From: a virus
Lineage: Duplodnaviria; Caudoviricetes
Strand: one strand, 5' to 3'
Virus record (IMG/VR): IMGVR_UViG_3300032053_000108
Span: 1-52,267 of that record
DNA length: 52,267 nt
Shown here: positions 1 through 9,823 of the stretch, one piece after another
Numbering within the stretch: position 1 is the first letter of the stretch
Layout of the letters: the number at the start of each line of letters is the position of its first letter
Program-made: the position numbers and the translations under genes
Notes under the pieces: generated by a model
Databases searched by the model: none
What the model was told of the DNA's origin: nothing
The model's input: only the letters and a program-made list of their open reading frames with translations

Positions 1-639
1 GATGGCAACGGCATTACAGGCGAATTTGCGAGCATCCTCTTCTGGAACTTTAAGTAATTCTAGTCCAGCTTCCAATGAGGAAACAGTATCTTTATCGAAA
101 GCTCCGGGCCAAATTAAAGCGTAGTCATCTTTGAGAGGACAGAAGCAGGTATCTAGGTGGTAAAAATAAGGATCAGATAATTTAATGTATTGGGTGCTTT
201 CCGTCCAGAGGACTCCCCAATCTGGGTGTGTAACGCATTCGTAATCGCTACGGAACCCGTATCCAAAATAGAGCTTATTCTCGAAATCATGCCGACTAGA
301 TTGTTCCTTGAACAAAGCATCGCCAGCGCCTTCAAAATGAAACTCAGGAAAGAATTCCATTGTTTCAAAGCCATTGGCCTCGAACCAAGATTGATAATGT
401 TCTTTTTCGGCTTGTCGCTCAGGATGCTTGAAGTTCGAGAGCATGACTCTATTTCGATCTCGAAATACGAGTCCGGCATTGGCGGTAAAAACCATATCTG
501 GTAAGCCGGGTTGCCCCGGCATGGTCAATACAGTGGCTCCGATTTCATTCAACAATTTGACTAAGCCATGCCATTGACGAACTGCTAATTCTCGATCCGT
601 TGAGGTTTCTTTTGGTTGCATCCACGATTTCTCCCCCAT
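1..639 (-). CDS. Amidinotransferase / dimethylargininase-family protein (partial, runs off left edge; not in ORF track)
   Basis: Hand translation of the minus strand gives DRELAVRQWHGL, PGLPDMVFTANAG, FKHPERQAE, DPYFYHLDTCFCPL and FACNAV, typical pentein-family motifs. In-frame ATGs at 639 and 621. Confidence 0.85.
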   Translation of the reverse strand, partial: MGEKSWMQPKETSTDRELAVRQWHGLVKLLNEIGATVLTMPGQPGLPDMVFTANAGLVFRDRNRVMLSNFKHPERQAEKEHYQSWFEANGFETMEFFPEFHFEGAGDALFKEQSSRHDFENKLYFGYGFRSDYECVTHPDWGVLWTESTQYIKLSDPYFYHLDTCFCPLKDDYALIWPGAFDKDTVSSLEAGLELLKVPEEDARKFACNAVAI

Positions 640-736
640 CAACTTTGAGTGAGACGCCTTTATTGCCAACTAATGAAGAGACGCCCCAAGCTGCTTCTGG
701 AAATCTGTTTTCGAGCCATTGTTTGAATCTAATCAC
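545..736 (-). CDS. Small protein with N-terminal FKQWLE motif
   Basis: GTG start abutting the stop of the upstream gene; MIRFKQWLENR; overlaps the amidinotransferase ORF in another frame. Confidence 0.45.
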   Translation of the reverse strand: MIRFKQWLENRFPEAAWGVSSLVGNKGVSLKVDGGEIVDATKRNLNGSRISSSSMAWLSQIVE

Positions 737-1549
737 TTAGTATCCCTTTGCCAATCTGGTAAAGATTGGAGACAGTTTCTTATTTGATTGTTCTTGTCGA
801 ACCAGTTCCATTGCTACATCGTCGAAGTTAACAGCGAAGTTATCCCAGGAAAAATCTGGACGCAGTGACATTTCTTTGTTTTGAACTACGAAGAATTGAT
901 TGAGGGGCGAGTTAGAGGACAGCAGACCGACGTGTGCGTGATCGAAGTCATCTAGGATGACAGCCTTTTGATCTGCATAGGTTCCATAGATGTAGAAGTA
1001 GCTTGTTTGTGCAACGACTTCTGTGAACATAGCTTTTGCTGCTAAGCATTCTCCTGCTTTAACTTGGTTGACATTGCAAAGTGTTTTTAGATGGCGATTA
1101 TAAGCTCCGTATTCTCCTCTAGCGGAGAATGGATGTTGTCCATAGTAGTGAGCGATAACATCATGAACGCCACGTTGTTTTACGTTATCGTCATTTGAGA
1201 ATACTGGGTGTCCTGCTTGTTGGTCGCCATCCATTGCTGGTGGTTCTGCGTAGACAGGGATCACTGGTTTTCGGACACCCATTGATTTTTGTTTGTTGAT
1301 ATCTTGAGTCATAGCTTTCATGCTATGATAAGGATCAGCCTGTGACGGATTCATCTGAAACTTTGAGGAAAGAAATTCTTGTTGACGGCTTATTTTTCTT
1401 CCTAGCTCTTGAAACGCTGGCACGGCTTCTGGTTGTTGAGTTGGTGCTAATTTGTATTTAGCGGCAACCAGTCTTTGAAAAAGACTTCCTTTGAAGTCTC
1501 CTTTTAGAGCAAGAGTTTCATCTAGGTTTAGCCATTCTGAGAATTTCAT
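737..1549 (-). CDS. Hypothetical phage protein, possible head-internal protein with His-rich motif
   Basis: 270 aa; GAGG RBS; N-terminus MKFSEWLNLDE; RGVHDVIAH...FSARGE motif recalls uncharacterised domains in phage polyvalent proteins. Confidence 0.65.
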   Translation of the reverse strand: MKFSEWLNLDETLALKGDFKGSLFQRLVAAKYKLAPTQQPEAVPAFQELGRKISRQQEFLSSKFQMNPSQADPYHSMKAMTQDINKQKSMGVRKPVIPVYAEPPAMDGDQQAGHPVFSNDDNVKQRGVHDVIAHYYGQHPFSARGEYGAYNRHLKTLCNVNQVKAGECLAAKAMFTEVVAQTSYFYIYGTYADQKAVILDDFDHAHVGLLSSNSPLNQFFVVQNKEMSLRPDFSWDNFAVNFDDVAMELVRQEQSNKKLSPIFTRLAKGY

Positions 1550-1671
1550 TTTGCCTCTTTCACATTTTTATTTTTATGTAGCCATTCCAAGAACAGCTTT
1601 CTACTTTTTCTTGTTGACACTTATGTATTTAGCCATCTGGCAATTATCTTTATGTGATGATAAATAACATC

Positions 1672-1950
1672 ATGAGAACAACAATTGAACCTAAATTCTT
1701 CCACTTCATTCCTGAAGAACTGGAGGACGGCATCTTGTACATATCGTTGGAGTACGGTGCTGCCCTTCACAAGTGCTGCTGTGGCTGCGGCGAGACTGTT
1801 TCTACGCCAATTGATCCCAATCCACCACATAATGGTTGGACGCTTACAAACGACTCTGGGAGGGTTTCTTTGAGTCCATCTATTGGCAACTTCCAATTGC
1901 CGTGCAAGACGCATTATTTCATTCGAGAAAACCGAGTTGTGTGGTGCTAA
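1672..1950 (+). CDS. DUF6527-like Cys/His protein
   Basis: IPEELEDGILYIS, HKCCCGCG, W.LT...VSLSPSIGN, CKTHYFIRENRVVWC match the family pattern. Start placed at ATG 1672. Confidence 0.75.
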   Translation: MRTTIEPKFFHFIPEELEDGILYISLEYGAALHKCCCGCGETVSTPIDPNPPHNGWTLTNDSGRVSLSPSIGNFQLPCKTHYFIRENRVVWC

Positions 1951-2020
1951 TGAAAGAAGAAGAAACGATTGATCGAATAAGTTACATCGTAATAAGTTGG
2001 GTCGCAAACAAGTATTTTGG

Positions 2021-2308
2021 TCATCCATTGCTGCCTAAAGTTGGTGTTGAAGACATGATACGGATGAGATCGCCAAGTGTTCCCATTCGGCTTCTGATCT
2101 GTCCGATGACTTGATCTTGGACTTCTTGTCGCAACTCTTTGAACTCGCCAAGTCCATTGAGAACATTGATTAACTGCTCTGGTTCCCAGGCGTCAAGACC
2201 TTGGGATAAACCGTGGGTGCGATCAAGGTTCAGTTTACCAAGAAGGACATTCTTGTAGAAGTCATAACCTTTGTTTTCCATTTCTGTAAGCCAAACCTTA
2301 AACATCAA
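2021..2308 (-). CDS. Hypothetical protein (FKVWLTE N-terminus)
   Basis: 95 aa ORF with the shared N-terminal motif. Confidence 0.65.
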   Translation of the reverse strand: MMFKVWLTEMENKGYDFYKNVLLGKLNLDRTHGLSQGLDAWEPEQLINVLNGLGEFKELRQEVQDQVIGQIRSRMGTLGDLIRIMSSTPTLGSNG

Positions 2309-2488
2309 TTACCGCCTATTTTTATCTTAAACGAATTGTCACGTCGTCACGACTATCCAAATTCGGAATCGGTTTTCCGAATCGGGTCGTTGTTTGAACG
2401 GCCATTTCATTCATATTGAGCCAACTTCTAAATGCTCCCATGCCATTTCTTCCCTTGCAGTAATTGAGTCTCTCTCCTATATAAAGAC

Positions 2489-3304
2489 ATGAACCGTTTA
2501 CTTTTCAAGCAATGGATGTTATCCGAAATGGCCGATTTCGGCTTTGACAATGACCAACGAGGCAAGCCGAAAGGCGGCATCGAGGCAATGGATGGGGATA
2601 CTCTGTTCAAAGCGGTAGACGGTAGCAAAATAATCACAGAACTAGCTAGTTTTCCGGCTCTTGGCCCTAATCGTCCTCTTCAGCGATGGAACGATGTGGT
2701 AGAATGGGGAGTCGGTCCTGGAGCAATCCAGGTGGGTGTAACGCCGTTAGGATCAATGCGTGTGGTTGTCCGTAGAATGACAAAAGACCTCTGCGGAGAG
2801 GCTACTTGGATATGCACCAAGGTAATACCGCTTGGCGATAACGCAGCAGAAAACAAAGAAACCGCCATTGCTCACGACGTGTACGATACGCTTACGGAAG
2901 TTTCCAATGAGATGGTTCCGGGGCCTGCCAAAGAGTATGATGAACTGGAGCGGTTATCGTGGAAACTGTGGGCAGCAACTAAACGTCAACATCCGTCATA
3001 TTGCATGTTCCCTATTGGGATGCGACAGCAAAATGAAAATTACTACAAGCTCGTGTTTGAATTCCGTGGGCAGGGAGTAAACCGCCAGACCGGAAGTGGC
3101 GGTGGTCGTGCGGAACAATTCAACATCGACATGGTTTGGGAACCAAAGCGTGGTTTGATTCGATGTCTAGGCTACGATATTGACTCTTCAACTGGACAAC
3201 ACTCGTGGGAAGTTCAGCCTGCTGAGTTCAACGAATATTATTCGCCTCAACAGAAACACGAAAATATCATCGACAGTATAGTTCAGACCTTCTTGCAGTA
3301 TTAA
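2489..3304 (+). CDS. Hypothetical protein (FKQWMLSE N-terminus)
   Basis: 271 aa ORF; CTATATA 5 nt before the ATG. Confidence 0.75.
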   Translation: MNRLLFKQWMLSEMADFGFDNDQRGKPKGGIEAMDGDTLFKAVDGSKIITELASFPALGPNRPLQRWNDVVEWGVGPGAIQVGVTPLGSMRVVVRRMTKDLCGEATWICTKVIPLGDNAAENKETAIAHDVYDTLTEVSNEMVPGPAKEYDELERLSWKLWAATKRQHPSYCMFPIGMRQQNENYYKLVFEFRGQGVNRQTGSGGGRAEQFNIDMVWEPKRGLIRCLGYDIDSSTGQHSWEVQPAEFNEYYSPQQKHENIIDSIVQTFLQY

Positions 3305-3315
3305 CAAAGAGGACA

Positions 3316-3861
3316 ATGATGTATACAAAGAAAATCTTGATTGCCGCACTGCTCTTAGTCGGTGCCGGTGCCTTGTATGTGAAATACGGCAAACATAATG
3401 ATGTGCCGGTAAAACCACCTACTAAGATGACTGATCCTGTCACTCCACCTGTGGCACCGCCAGTCACGCCTCCTCCTGTGGTTCCTCCTGTGGCACCGCC
3501 AGAAGTGCTGGCTAATTTCAGCAACTACCAAGAAGCGTTAGCTGCCGCCAAGAAACACAACCGACCAATCTTTTTATATTTCAGTGCAGAGTGGTGCGGC
3601 TGGTGCAAAAAGATGAAATCAGAAACGCTTTCTGATGCGGCTGTCAAATATAAGCTAGGCAAGGAATATGTCACTTGCCTTATTGATACCGACAAAGATC
3701 GTGCCACGGCCAGAAAATACAAAGTCTCAGGTATCCCTGCCTATATGGTCATTGATACATCTGAGACTGTTGTTGTCCGTGACTCTGGATTCAAGAGTAA
3801 GCACGATATGTTGATTTGGTTGCGACCTAAGAATGTATCCCTGCTTGAAGATAAATACTAA
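3316..3861 (+). CDS. Exported/membrane-anchored thioredoxin-fold protein
   Basis: Hydrophobic N-terminus, Pro-rich linker (PPVAPP repeats), FSAEWCGWC active site, GIP cis-Pro loop. Confidence 0.85.
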   Translation: MMYTKKILIAALLLVGAGALYVKYGKHNDVPVKPPTKMTDPVTPPVAPPVTPPPVVPPVAPPEVLANFSNYQEALAAAKKHNRPIFLYFSAEWCGWCKKMKSETLSDAAVKYKLGKEYVTCLIDTDKDRATARKYKVSGIPAYMVIDTSETVVVRDSGFKSKHDMLIWLRPKNVSLLEDKY

Positions 3862-4214
3862 GCAGCCTTCTTTTCTTGAAGTTTCTCATACAGAACCTCC
3901 TCGGTGGCCTCTAGCAGATCATCGAGGCGGTTCATTGTATAGAAGTCACCTTTGATGCCACGAGTATTATTGACCTTGTAGCCCAATCTGGTCAACTCTT
4001 GATACACCTTCTCGTGGGAAGGGTCGGCCATATCGGTCAGACCCAACGCCACAGCCAGCGGGCAAAACTTGCCATCTTCGTAGTTGTATGTGTCCAGAAC
4101 CATTGGCTCAGGATGCAAGAACACCTTCAGCAACTCTTCTACACTCAATTGTCGTAGGCCATTCTTGAGGCCAATCTTGCGGCCAATCTTGCGATCATCT
4201 TCTACACACCACAT
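3858..4214 (-). CDS. Hypothetical protein
   Basis: 118 aa ORF packed in a minus-strand operon. Confidence 0.65.
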   Translation of the reverse strand: MWCVEDDRKIGRKIGLKNGLRQLSVEELLKVFLHPEPMVLDTYNYEDGKFCPLAVALGLTDMADPSHEKVYQELTRLGYKVNNTRGIKGDFYTMNRLDDLLEATEEVLYEKLQEKKAA

Positions 4215-4223
4215 GCTTTTTCC

Positions 4224-4904
4224 TTATTGGAGATAGTCAAAATCAGTAATTGATGTCGCCGACTGAATTACGGCGGGTTGTTGTGGTGTTCTATTTTTCA
4301 GGGCGTCGAACGACAACAAGTTTCTTTGTTCCATGATATATTGTGGTTTATCTCGTCCTGGCAAACAACGGAAGTTTTCTTCTTTGGCTAATTCCTTTGC
4401 CCAATAGAAGCCACGGAACGTAAACCTACCATTCTTTCCGGTAAATAGACACAGTGCATCAATATGTTCAGCTTGTTTCCAATGTGAAAGCGTGAGCCTT
4501 CCTGTATGGTATTCAGTGGCCTTGATGTCAATCTTGAGGCCATCATGCACTATATCTCCGAAATCGTCTTTGGCATCTCTTGGACGAATCTCCAATTGCT
4601 CACCTGGATAGAGATCGAACATCTTGGCATAAAGTAATTCGCCTTGAAGTCCATTGATTTCCATGAACTTCTCTTTATCAGAGCCACCAGACGCAGCCTG
4701 AATCATGTTCACTTTGCCACTAGCCCGTGCAGCTTGAGTTCTTTTCGGCCCCAAGATTTCCGTAGCTTTAATTTCCCGTTCATTCAATGTGTATTCTTGA
4801 CCAACATCTATTGAATCAAATGGCGTAGAGCCAAAAAACTCAAATGGATATTTGTTGTCGAGCTTACACTGATCGAGGTATTGTTTGTATTGGTTCATAT
4901 TCAC
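4224..4904 (-). CDS. Putative PD-(D/E)XK-fold nuclease-like protein
   Basis: GLQGELLYAK...GDI...KIDIKAT pattern; resembles 16689-17231. Confidence 0.5.
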   Translation of the reverse strand: MNMNQYKQYLDQCKLDNKYPFEFFGSTPFDSIDVGQEYTLNEREIKATEILGPKRTQAARASGKVNMIQAASGGSDKEKFMEINGLQGELLYAKMFDLYPGEQLEIRPRDAKDDFGDIVHDGLKIDIKATEYHTGRLTLSHWKQAEHIDALCLFTGKNGRFTFRGFYWAKELAKEENFRCLPGRDKPQYIMEQRNLLSFDALKNRTPQQPAVIQSATSITDFDYLQ

Positions 4905-5617
4905 AACATCAATTTTGTTTTTGAAAAATACAATGGTGTATTGTAATAGGTTTTGATTGCGTTTGTAAGTCCGAATGCCGCAAGCGTCTCTTGGTGTTCA
5001 TCCCATGCTTTCTTCCCATTAGGGAATACGGTGTCTTGTGACACACATGGTCGAGTATGCTCAATGGTTAAGTTGTTGATGACACCAACATTAGACTTCT
5101 TTTCATTGGCGACAATGATAGGCCAAACGAAATCAAGTCCCCATGCAGAGTATGACAAAGAAAATGTCCACAAGCAAGAGAACATGCCTCTACGAGAAAA
5201 TATTGGACACATAGGCTCAATCAAGTTCATGTGTCTAATGAGAATGTTTTTATCGTCAATCGGAGCCAAGGGCGGGTGATTGAGATGGCCTGTAATAGAC
5301 GGTTGGCATAAGTCCAAACTATAATGTTTGGCAATATCAAACATCCTGTTGATGTCATTGACTTTTATTTTGAGATCAGGATCAGGACACATCACATAGT
5401 CGTACTTGCCTAAAGACCTAAAGTGATTTCCATAGAGCTTTACCAGGGTGCGAAACTTGTGTTCTTTGATTTCAAAATACAACTCTGGATTGCGATCCCG
5501 GAAAAAACCGGGATCGCCCCAATTGTTCACAAGAATGTCGTAATTCCTACCCTGACCAAACCATAAGTCTGCGTACTCGCAGTTGGTTCTACTGAGGGGA
5601 AGATAGACTAAATTCAT
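4901..5617 (-). CDS. DUF707-like glycosyltransferase
   Basis: YDYVMCPDPDL, LDLCQPSI, IEPMCPIFSR, WGLDFVW motifs. Confidence 0.7.
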   Translation of the reverse strand: MNLVYLPLSRTNCEYADLWFGQGRNYDILVNNWGDPGFFRDRNPELYFEIKEHKFRTLVKLYGNHFRSLGKYDYVMCPDPDLKIKVNDINRMFDIAKHYSLDLCQPSITGHLNHPPLAPIDDKNILIRHMNLIEPMCPIFSRRGMFSCLWTFSLSYSAWGLDFVWPIIVANEKKSNVGVINNLTIEHTRPCVSQDTVFPNGKKAWDEHQETLAAFGLTNAIKTYYNTPLYFSKTKLML

Positions 5618-6381
5618 ACGACGCTCCTGAACTCCGGCATGTTCACTTCCTCAAACTCGTGAGGAAACATCTCTCTGAATCTGCGAACGACTTCATCAGT
5701 GATGCACGGCTTGTAAAGGTCAGGATCGAAGTTCATCCTCTTATAGTCTTCTGGCTTCATAACTGCCGCAATATGCGGCGACATTGCAATATAGTACGGA
5801 CTGATTTTGCCGAAATTAACCCAGCGAAAGAGGTTGTTGTTGATGTGGGACTCCCGGTACTTTTCAAGGTTTGGACTTGCTCCAAAGGTTTTGGCGAAGA
5901 ACTCTTTAGTTCGCTCAAGTCCTTCGAGGGCTTTGATGACGCCGGGACCAACAGGCTGGGATACTTCGGACGGCTTCGCAGAGATGGAATCATATTTTCT
6001 TTTCCATAATTTCCACCGCTTCCAGGCTTTATCTCCCACCAAACAATTGGCGTCGATGAGAGGGTGGCCCTTGCCGGTAATGATATGTCGGAGGACATCA
6101 AGCTGCGCCCGGATATACAAAGGGTAGTCTTTTTCTTCGAGTACGCCCTGTGTCTCACGAACCAGCTTGTAGCACACTTTGAATATCAGCGACTTTCGAG
6201 GGTCGCCCTTCTTCATTGTCGTGTGCTGATATTCAGGGAATACTTTACGACTTCTATCGAGCCAGAGCAAGCACAATTTATACGCTTTGCCTTCAAGCTC
6301 ATCCATTTCGTAGTCAATAATTGCTTCGAGTCGCACGTCGTTGCTCTCCGAGAATAAGTCTTCTTTTTTGTTTTCAGCCAT
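5614..6381 (-). CDS. Hypothetical protein
   Basis: Long ORF; start moved to ATG 6381 after a GAGG RBS. Confidence 0.7.
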   Translation of the reverse strand: MAENKKEDLFSESNDVRLEAIIDYEMDELEGKAYKLCLLWLDRSRKVFPEYQHTTMKKGDPRKSLIFKVCYKLVRETQGVLEEKDYPLYIRAQLDVLRHIITGKGHPLIDANCLVGDKAWKRWKLWKRKYDSISAKPSEVSQPVGPGVIKALEGLERTKEFFAKTFGASPNLEKYRESHINNNLFRWVNFGKISPYYIAMSPHIAAVMKPEDYKRMNFDPDLYKPCITDEVVRRFREMFPHEFEEVNMPEFRSVV

Positions 6382-6540
6382 TTTACCTCGTTCCTTTTTT
6401 TCAGTCGAGTGCAATTATTTATCTAAATCGGACTTGATCTGCGGAATCTCAAAATATATCATTCTCTTTGTCGATGCCCTTGTTGCAGGGATTCGACGAT
6501 CAACAAAACCAGGGACGCCTCATTCGAGATTTCCCGCATA

Positions 6541-8370
6541 TTGAAAGACAATCCTTTGAAAATTCGCATCAGACATGATGAAGCTGCGCATGTGCCAATT
6601 TCATCTTTATTTAATCCATATCCTTGGATTATCCAAGCGATTCGCAAACGACTTCAGTTAGACCAAATCGACTTTTTGGCAAATTCTTGCCCCGGTTCAG
6701 GAAAAACTGGATTTGGAGTTTTGGCAGGTGCGCAAGACCTAAACGCTAAAATTGTAGACTACATTCTAGTAGTCTCGCCATCTGCCACTGTGAATGACCA
6801 GTGGATTAAGAAGTTCAAAAAATTCGCCAATATCCCAATTATTGGGACGGAAAAAAATCCTTGGCGACCTGACACCCGTACTGGAAAATTCCAAATTCCT
6901 GATGGGTTCCGTGGTGCTGTTCTTACCTATAGCGCCTTAGCATCGAATGCGGAAGAAGTTCGAGAGTTCATTGAAAACCATAATGTCTTAGTCATTTTCG
7001 ATGAAGTACATCATCTTGGCGAAGACCTCACATGGGGCAAAAAAGCACGAGAGGCTTTCGATAAAGCGAAACGGCGACTGCTTCTAACCGGCACTGCTTT
7101 CCGTGGTGATGATGTAGAAATCCCGTTTGTGCAATATGTACTCAATGCTGAAGGATATAAGGTCTGCAAGACAGATTTCGACTACACATATCGTGAAGCT
7201 GTTCGAGATAAGATTTGTCGAGCTATGGCCTTTCCTGACTTCACTGGCAGAGGGAAGTACAAATACGATGGTAAAGTGTATGACTACAACTACAAAGATG
7301 AAGTTGGAGATCAACAAGCTCGAAGACGATTGAGAGCATCACTGGCGGCAAGTGAAAACTTTATCAAGACCATGATTGAGGATGCAAACGACCGACTCAC
7401 ATTCGTTCGGAAAACTCAACCTGATGCCGCTGGGTTGGTCGTGGCAATGAACATCAAGCACGCCAGGGATATTATTTCCATCCTCGAAGACCTGGGCGAA
7501 AGCCCTATTTTAGTCGTGTCTACAGACCCCAGCGGGAGTATAGACAAAAAATCGAAAGCCGCCTTGGACGCATTCGCCGAATCCAACAGCAGATGGGTTG
7601 TGTCGGTAAATATGGTCACAGAAGGCGTGGATATTCCCCGTTTTCGAGTTGGTGTATACGCCAGCAACGTCACTGCATGGTTGCGATTTCTTCAGATCAT
7701 TGGGCGGTTTGGTCGCCACCAACAGGATATTCCTTATGAAAACGAGATGTCCTGGATTTATATCCCCAAAGACCCAATCCTCTATGAATATGCTAATTCC
7801 ATTTTGGAAGACGTGGAAGTAGCTCTGGAGGAACGAAAGAAGCAAACTGAACCCGGTTTGGAAGACATGCCCGGTCCAGAAAAGAAGAAACTCGAAACAC
7901 TCGAAGCAAATGGAGAGCATGACGAGACAACGGTTGCTTCTATCAAGAACAACGGTGAAGCAGGCATGGATAAGTTCACCGCTGACGAAATCAGCCGTGC
8001 CAAGGATATTATCGTCCAACTCAATTTGCCAACAACACCAGAAAAGTTGGCAGCGGCAATGAGAGTCAATTCAAACGGCACCAATACGGTGATTCTGAGT
8101 GGTAAATTATCGAAAGATGACCTACCAGATGCTTACCGATGTGATAAACTAAGGAAAGACTGCGGCAAAAAGGTCCGACAACTTGTCATTGCCAGAAATG
8201 GCGATACCAACAACTTCGATGACTGGAAAAAGTGGACCAGTAGAATTGAGTTGGAATGGCAAGGTAAAGGTAAAGGATACCCGGACGTTAAGAATTCAAG
8301 TGTGGCAGACTTGGAGGCCAAATTGAAATGGCTCCAAGGGGAACTACGAGCAACCAAAAAAGACGAGTGA
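6541..8370 (+). CDS. SF2 DEAD/DEAH-box (ResIII-like) helicase
   Basis: PGSGKT, DEVHH, LTGTAFR, MVTEGVDIP, QIIGRFGR motifs. Confidence 0.9.
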   Translation: MKDNPLKIRIRHDEAAHVPISSLFNPYPWIIQAIRKRLQLDQIDFLANSCPGSGKTGFGVLAGAQDLNAKIVDYILVVSPSATVNDQWIKKFKKFANIPIIGTEKNPWRPDTRTGKFQIPDGFRGAVLTYSALASNAEEVREFIENHNVLVIFDEVHHLGEDLTWGKKAREAFDKAKRRLLLTGTAFRGDDVEIPFVQYVLNAEGYKVCKTDFDYTYREAVRDKICRAMAFPDFTGRGKYKYDGKVYDYNYKDEVGDQQARRRLRASLAASENFIKTMIEDANDRLTFVRKTQPDAAGLVVAMNIKHARDIISILEDLGESPILVVSTDPSGSIDKKSKAALDAFAESNSRWVVSVNMVTEGVDIPRFRVGVYASNVTAWLRFLQIIGRFGRHQQDIPYENEMSWIYIPKDPILYEYANSILEDVEVALEERKKQTEPGLEDMPGPEKKKLETLEANGEHDETTVASIKNNGEAGMDKFTADEISRAKDIIVQLNLPTTPEKLAAAMRVNSNGTNTVILSGKLSKDDLPDAYRCDKLRKDCGKKVRQLVIARNGDTNNFDDWKKWTSRIELEWQGKGKGYPDVKNSSVADLEAKLKWLQGELRATKKDE

Positions 8371-8374
8371 ACCA

Positions 8375-9133
8375 ATGACTGCCAATCTAGTTCGTAATGG
8401 TCAGATCATCAACTCCCTGGCGCAAGCAGTTGCGTCAGGGAGTTCTGGTTTGAATGCAATCCCTGCCCTCATCAAAAGGGTAATCGAAGATGGCATGTAT
8501 CGACACTTTATTGTCGATATGGTCCACAAAGAAATTCAATTCGACAGCTTTGAGGAATTTGTAAATACTCGTGCGCCAATTGGATTAGAAACTGATATTC
8601 CTACGCTTCAAAAACTATGCAAAGCGAGCAAACACGACGACAGAGAATTGCGTGAAATAGAACTTCTAATCATCAATGAAGTAAGAAATCCGCATGGTGG
8701 TCGTTATAACCTAACTGGCAAAAACCAACATTCAGACGCACGAGTAGACGAGGCAATCGAAAAACTCAGCGATGACTCTTTACAACCAAAAGAAAACGAG
8801 GTCGAGTTTGATAATATAATACTCGACCACAATGTTGTACATCCCACTATAGAGCCTGCCCCTCTCAAGCCAAAGAAAAAACCTGCACCTACTGGAACGA
8901 CCAAAGAATACGCAATGAAGCGACTCCAGGCCGATCATCCAGAATTGCTGGAAGATGTGTTGGCTGGGAAGAAATCGGCAAACACGGCGATGGTGGAAGC
9001 AGGTGTTCGCAAGCGGTACATAAATGTGCGAGCGGACGATCCAAAAATTGCTGCCAAAACAATCATCAAATATTGTGGAACTGAGACGACAAAGGCTTTA
9101 ATTGAAGAACTCACAAAACTTTTGGATCAATAA
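8375..9133 (+). CDS. Hypothetical DNA-binding protein coupled to the helicase
   Basis: 252 aa, 4 nt after the helicase stop; C-terminal helical GTTKEYAMKRL...SANTAMVEAG segment. Confidence 0.65.
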   Translation: MTANLVRNGQIINSLAQAVASGSSGLNAIPALIKRVIEDGMYRHFIVDMVHKEIQFDSFEEFVNTRAPIGLETDIPTLQKLCKASKHDDRELREIELLIINEVRNPHGGRYNLTGKNQHSDARVDEAIEKLSDDSLQPKENEVEFDNIILDHNVVHPTIEPAPLKPKKKPAPTGTTKEYAMKRLQADHPELLEDVLAGKKSANTAMVEAGVRKRYINVRADDPKIAAKTIIKYCGTETTKALIEELTKLLDQ

Positions 9134-9164
9134 AATAAGCCCGGAATTTCCGGGCTTATTTTTT
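9132..9164. terminator. Bidirectional intrinsic terminator
   Basis: Perfect palindrome AAAATAAGCCCGGAA-T-TTCCGGGCTTATTTT between convergent genes. Confidence 0.85.
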
Positions 9165-9506
9165 GCGCTTTCGATATTTTCGGACACCATCAAGAATGAG
9201 TTTTGTGTCAGACAAGTTAAGCGAATCATCTTCTTTCAACAATTTATGAAATGTTTCATGACATTCTGAACAAAGTGGTATCAAATCCTTGAGCCATTCC
9301 CGCCCTAAACGATCATATGTCGTGTGGTGCAGTTGATAGTTCGGATCACCACAACAAAGACACTTCTGAGGCCGCTTGCTGGCCCGGTACGCTGCTTTCT
9401 TTTTTCGCCATAGGTCTGAGTCAAGATAAGCCGCATAGCTCTTAAAACCGATCCTACGCAGCTTCTCACTGAAACTAATCCAATTATTCTTCTTACGAAT
9501 ACTCAT
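9156..9506 (-). CDS. HNH endonuclease
   Basis: YLDSDLW, CLCCG, LHHTTY, LIPLCSECH. Confidence 0.85.
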   Translation of the reverse strand: MSIRKKNNWISFSEKLRRIGFKSYAAYLDSDLWRKKKAAYRASKRPQKCLCCGDPNYQLHHTTYDRLGREWLKDLIPLCSECHETFHKLLKEDDSLNLSDTKLILDGVRKYRKRKK

Positions 9507-9541
9507 ATCTCAATTTAGTAAATTGCCTACTAAATAAATCC

Positions 9542-9823
9542 ATGAACTTTAGAGAATGGCTCTTGAACGAAGGGCAAAACATTAGATTTGGTGACTGGTC
9601 TAAAGATGGGACAATAATCGTCTACATTGACAGCACCCGGTACGTTTTTGTGACCGATGCTCTTTACCACCGCCAACTTCAAAAATTGGCATGCTTTAAG
9701 CCTTGGACTGCCTTAAACAAGATCAAAGAGATGGTAAAAAATAAGGCGGCGACCCAAATAGAGCCACCGCCTCAAGAGAGATTGCCTCAAGAAAAACCGC
9801 CAGTTCATGGCACGTTATTTTAA
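9542..9823 (+). CDS. Hypothetical protein (FREWLLNE N-terminus)
   Basis: 93 aa; CTAAATA 5 nt before the ATG. Confidence 0.7.
   Translation: MNFREWLLNEGQNIRFGDWSKDGTIIVYIDSTRYVFVTDALYHRQLQKLACFKPWTALNKIKEMVKNKAATQIEPPPQERLPQEKPPVHGTLF

Noticed and set aside
4169-4192. 12-bp tandem repeat GGCCAATCTTGC x2
   Set aside because: In-frame micro-duplication with no sign of function.
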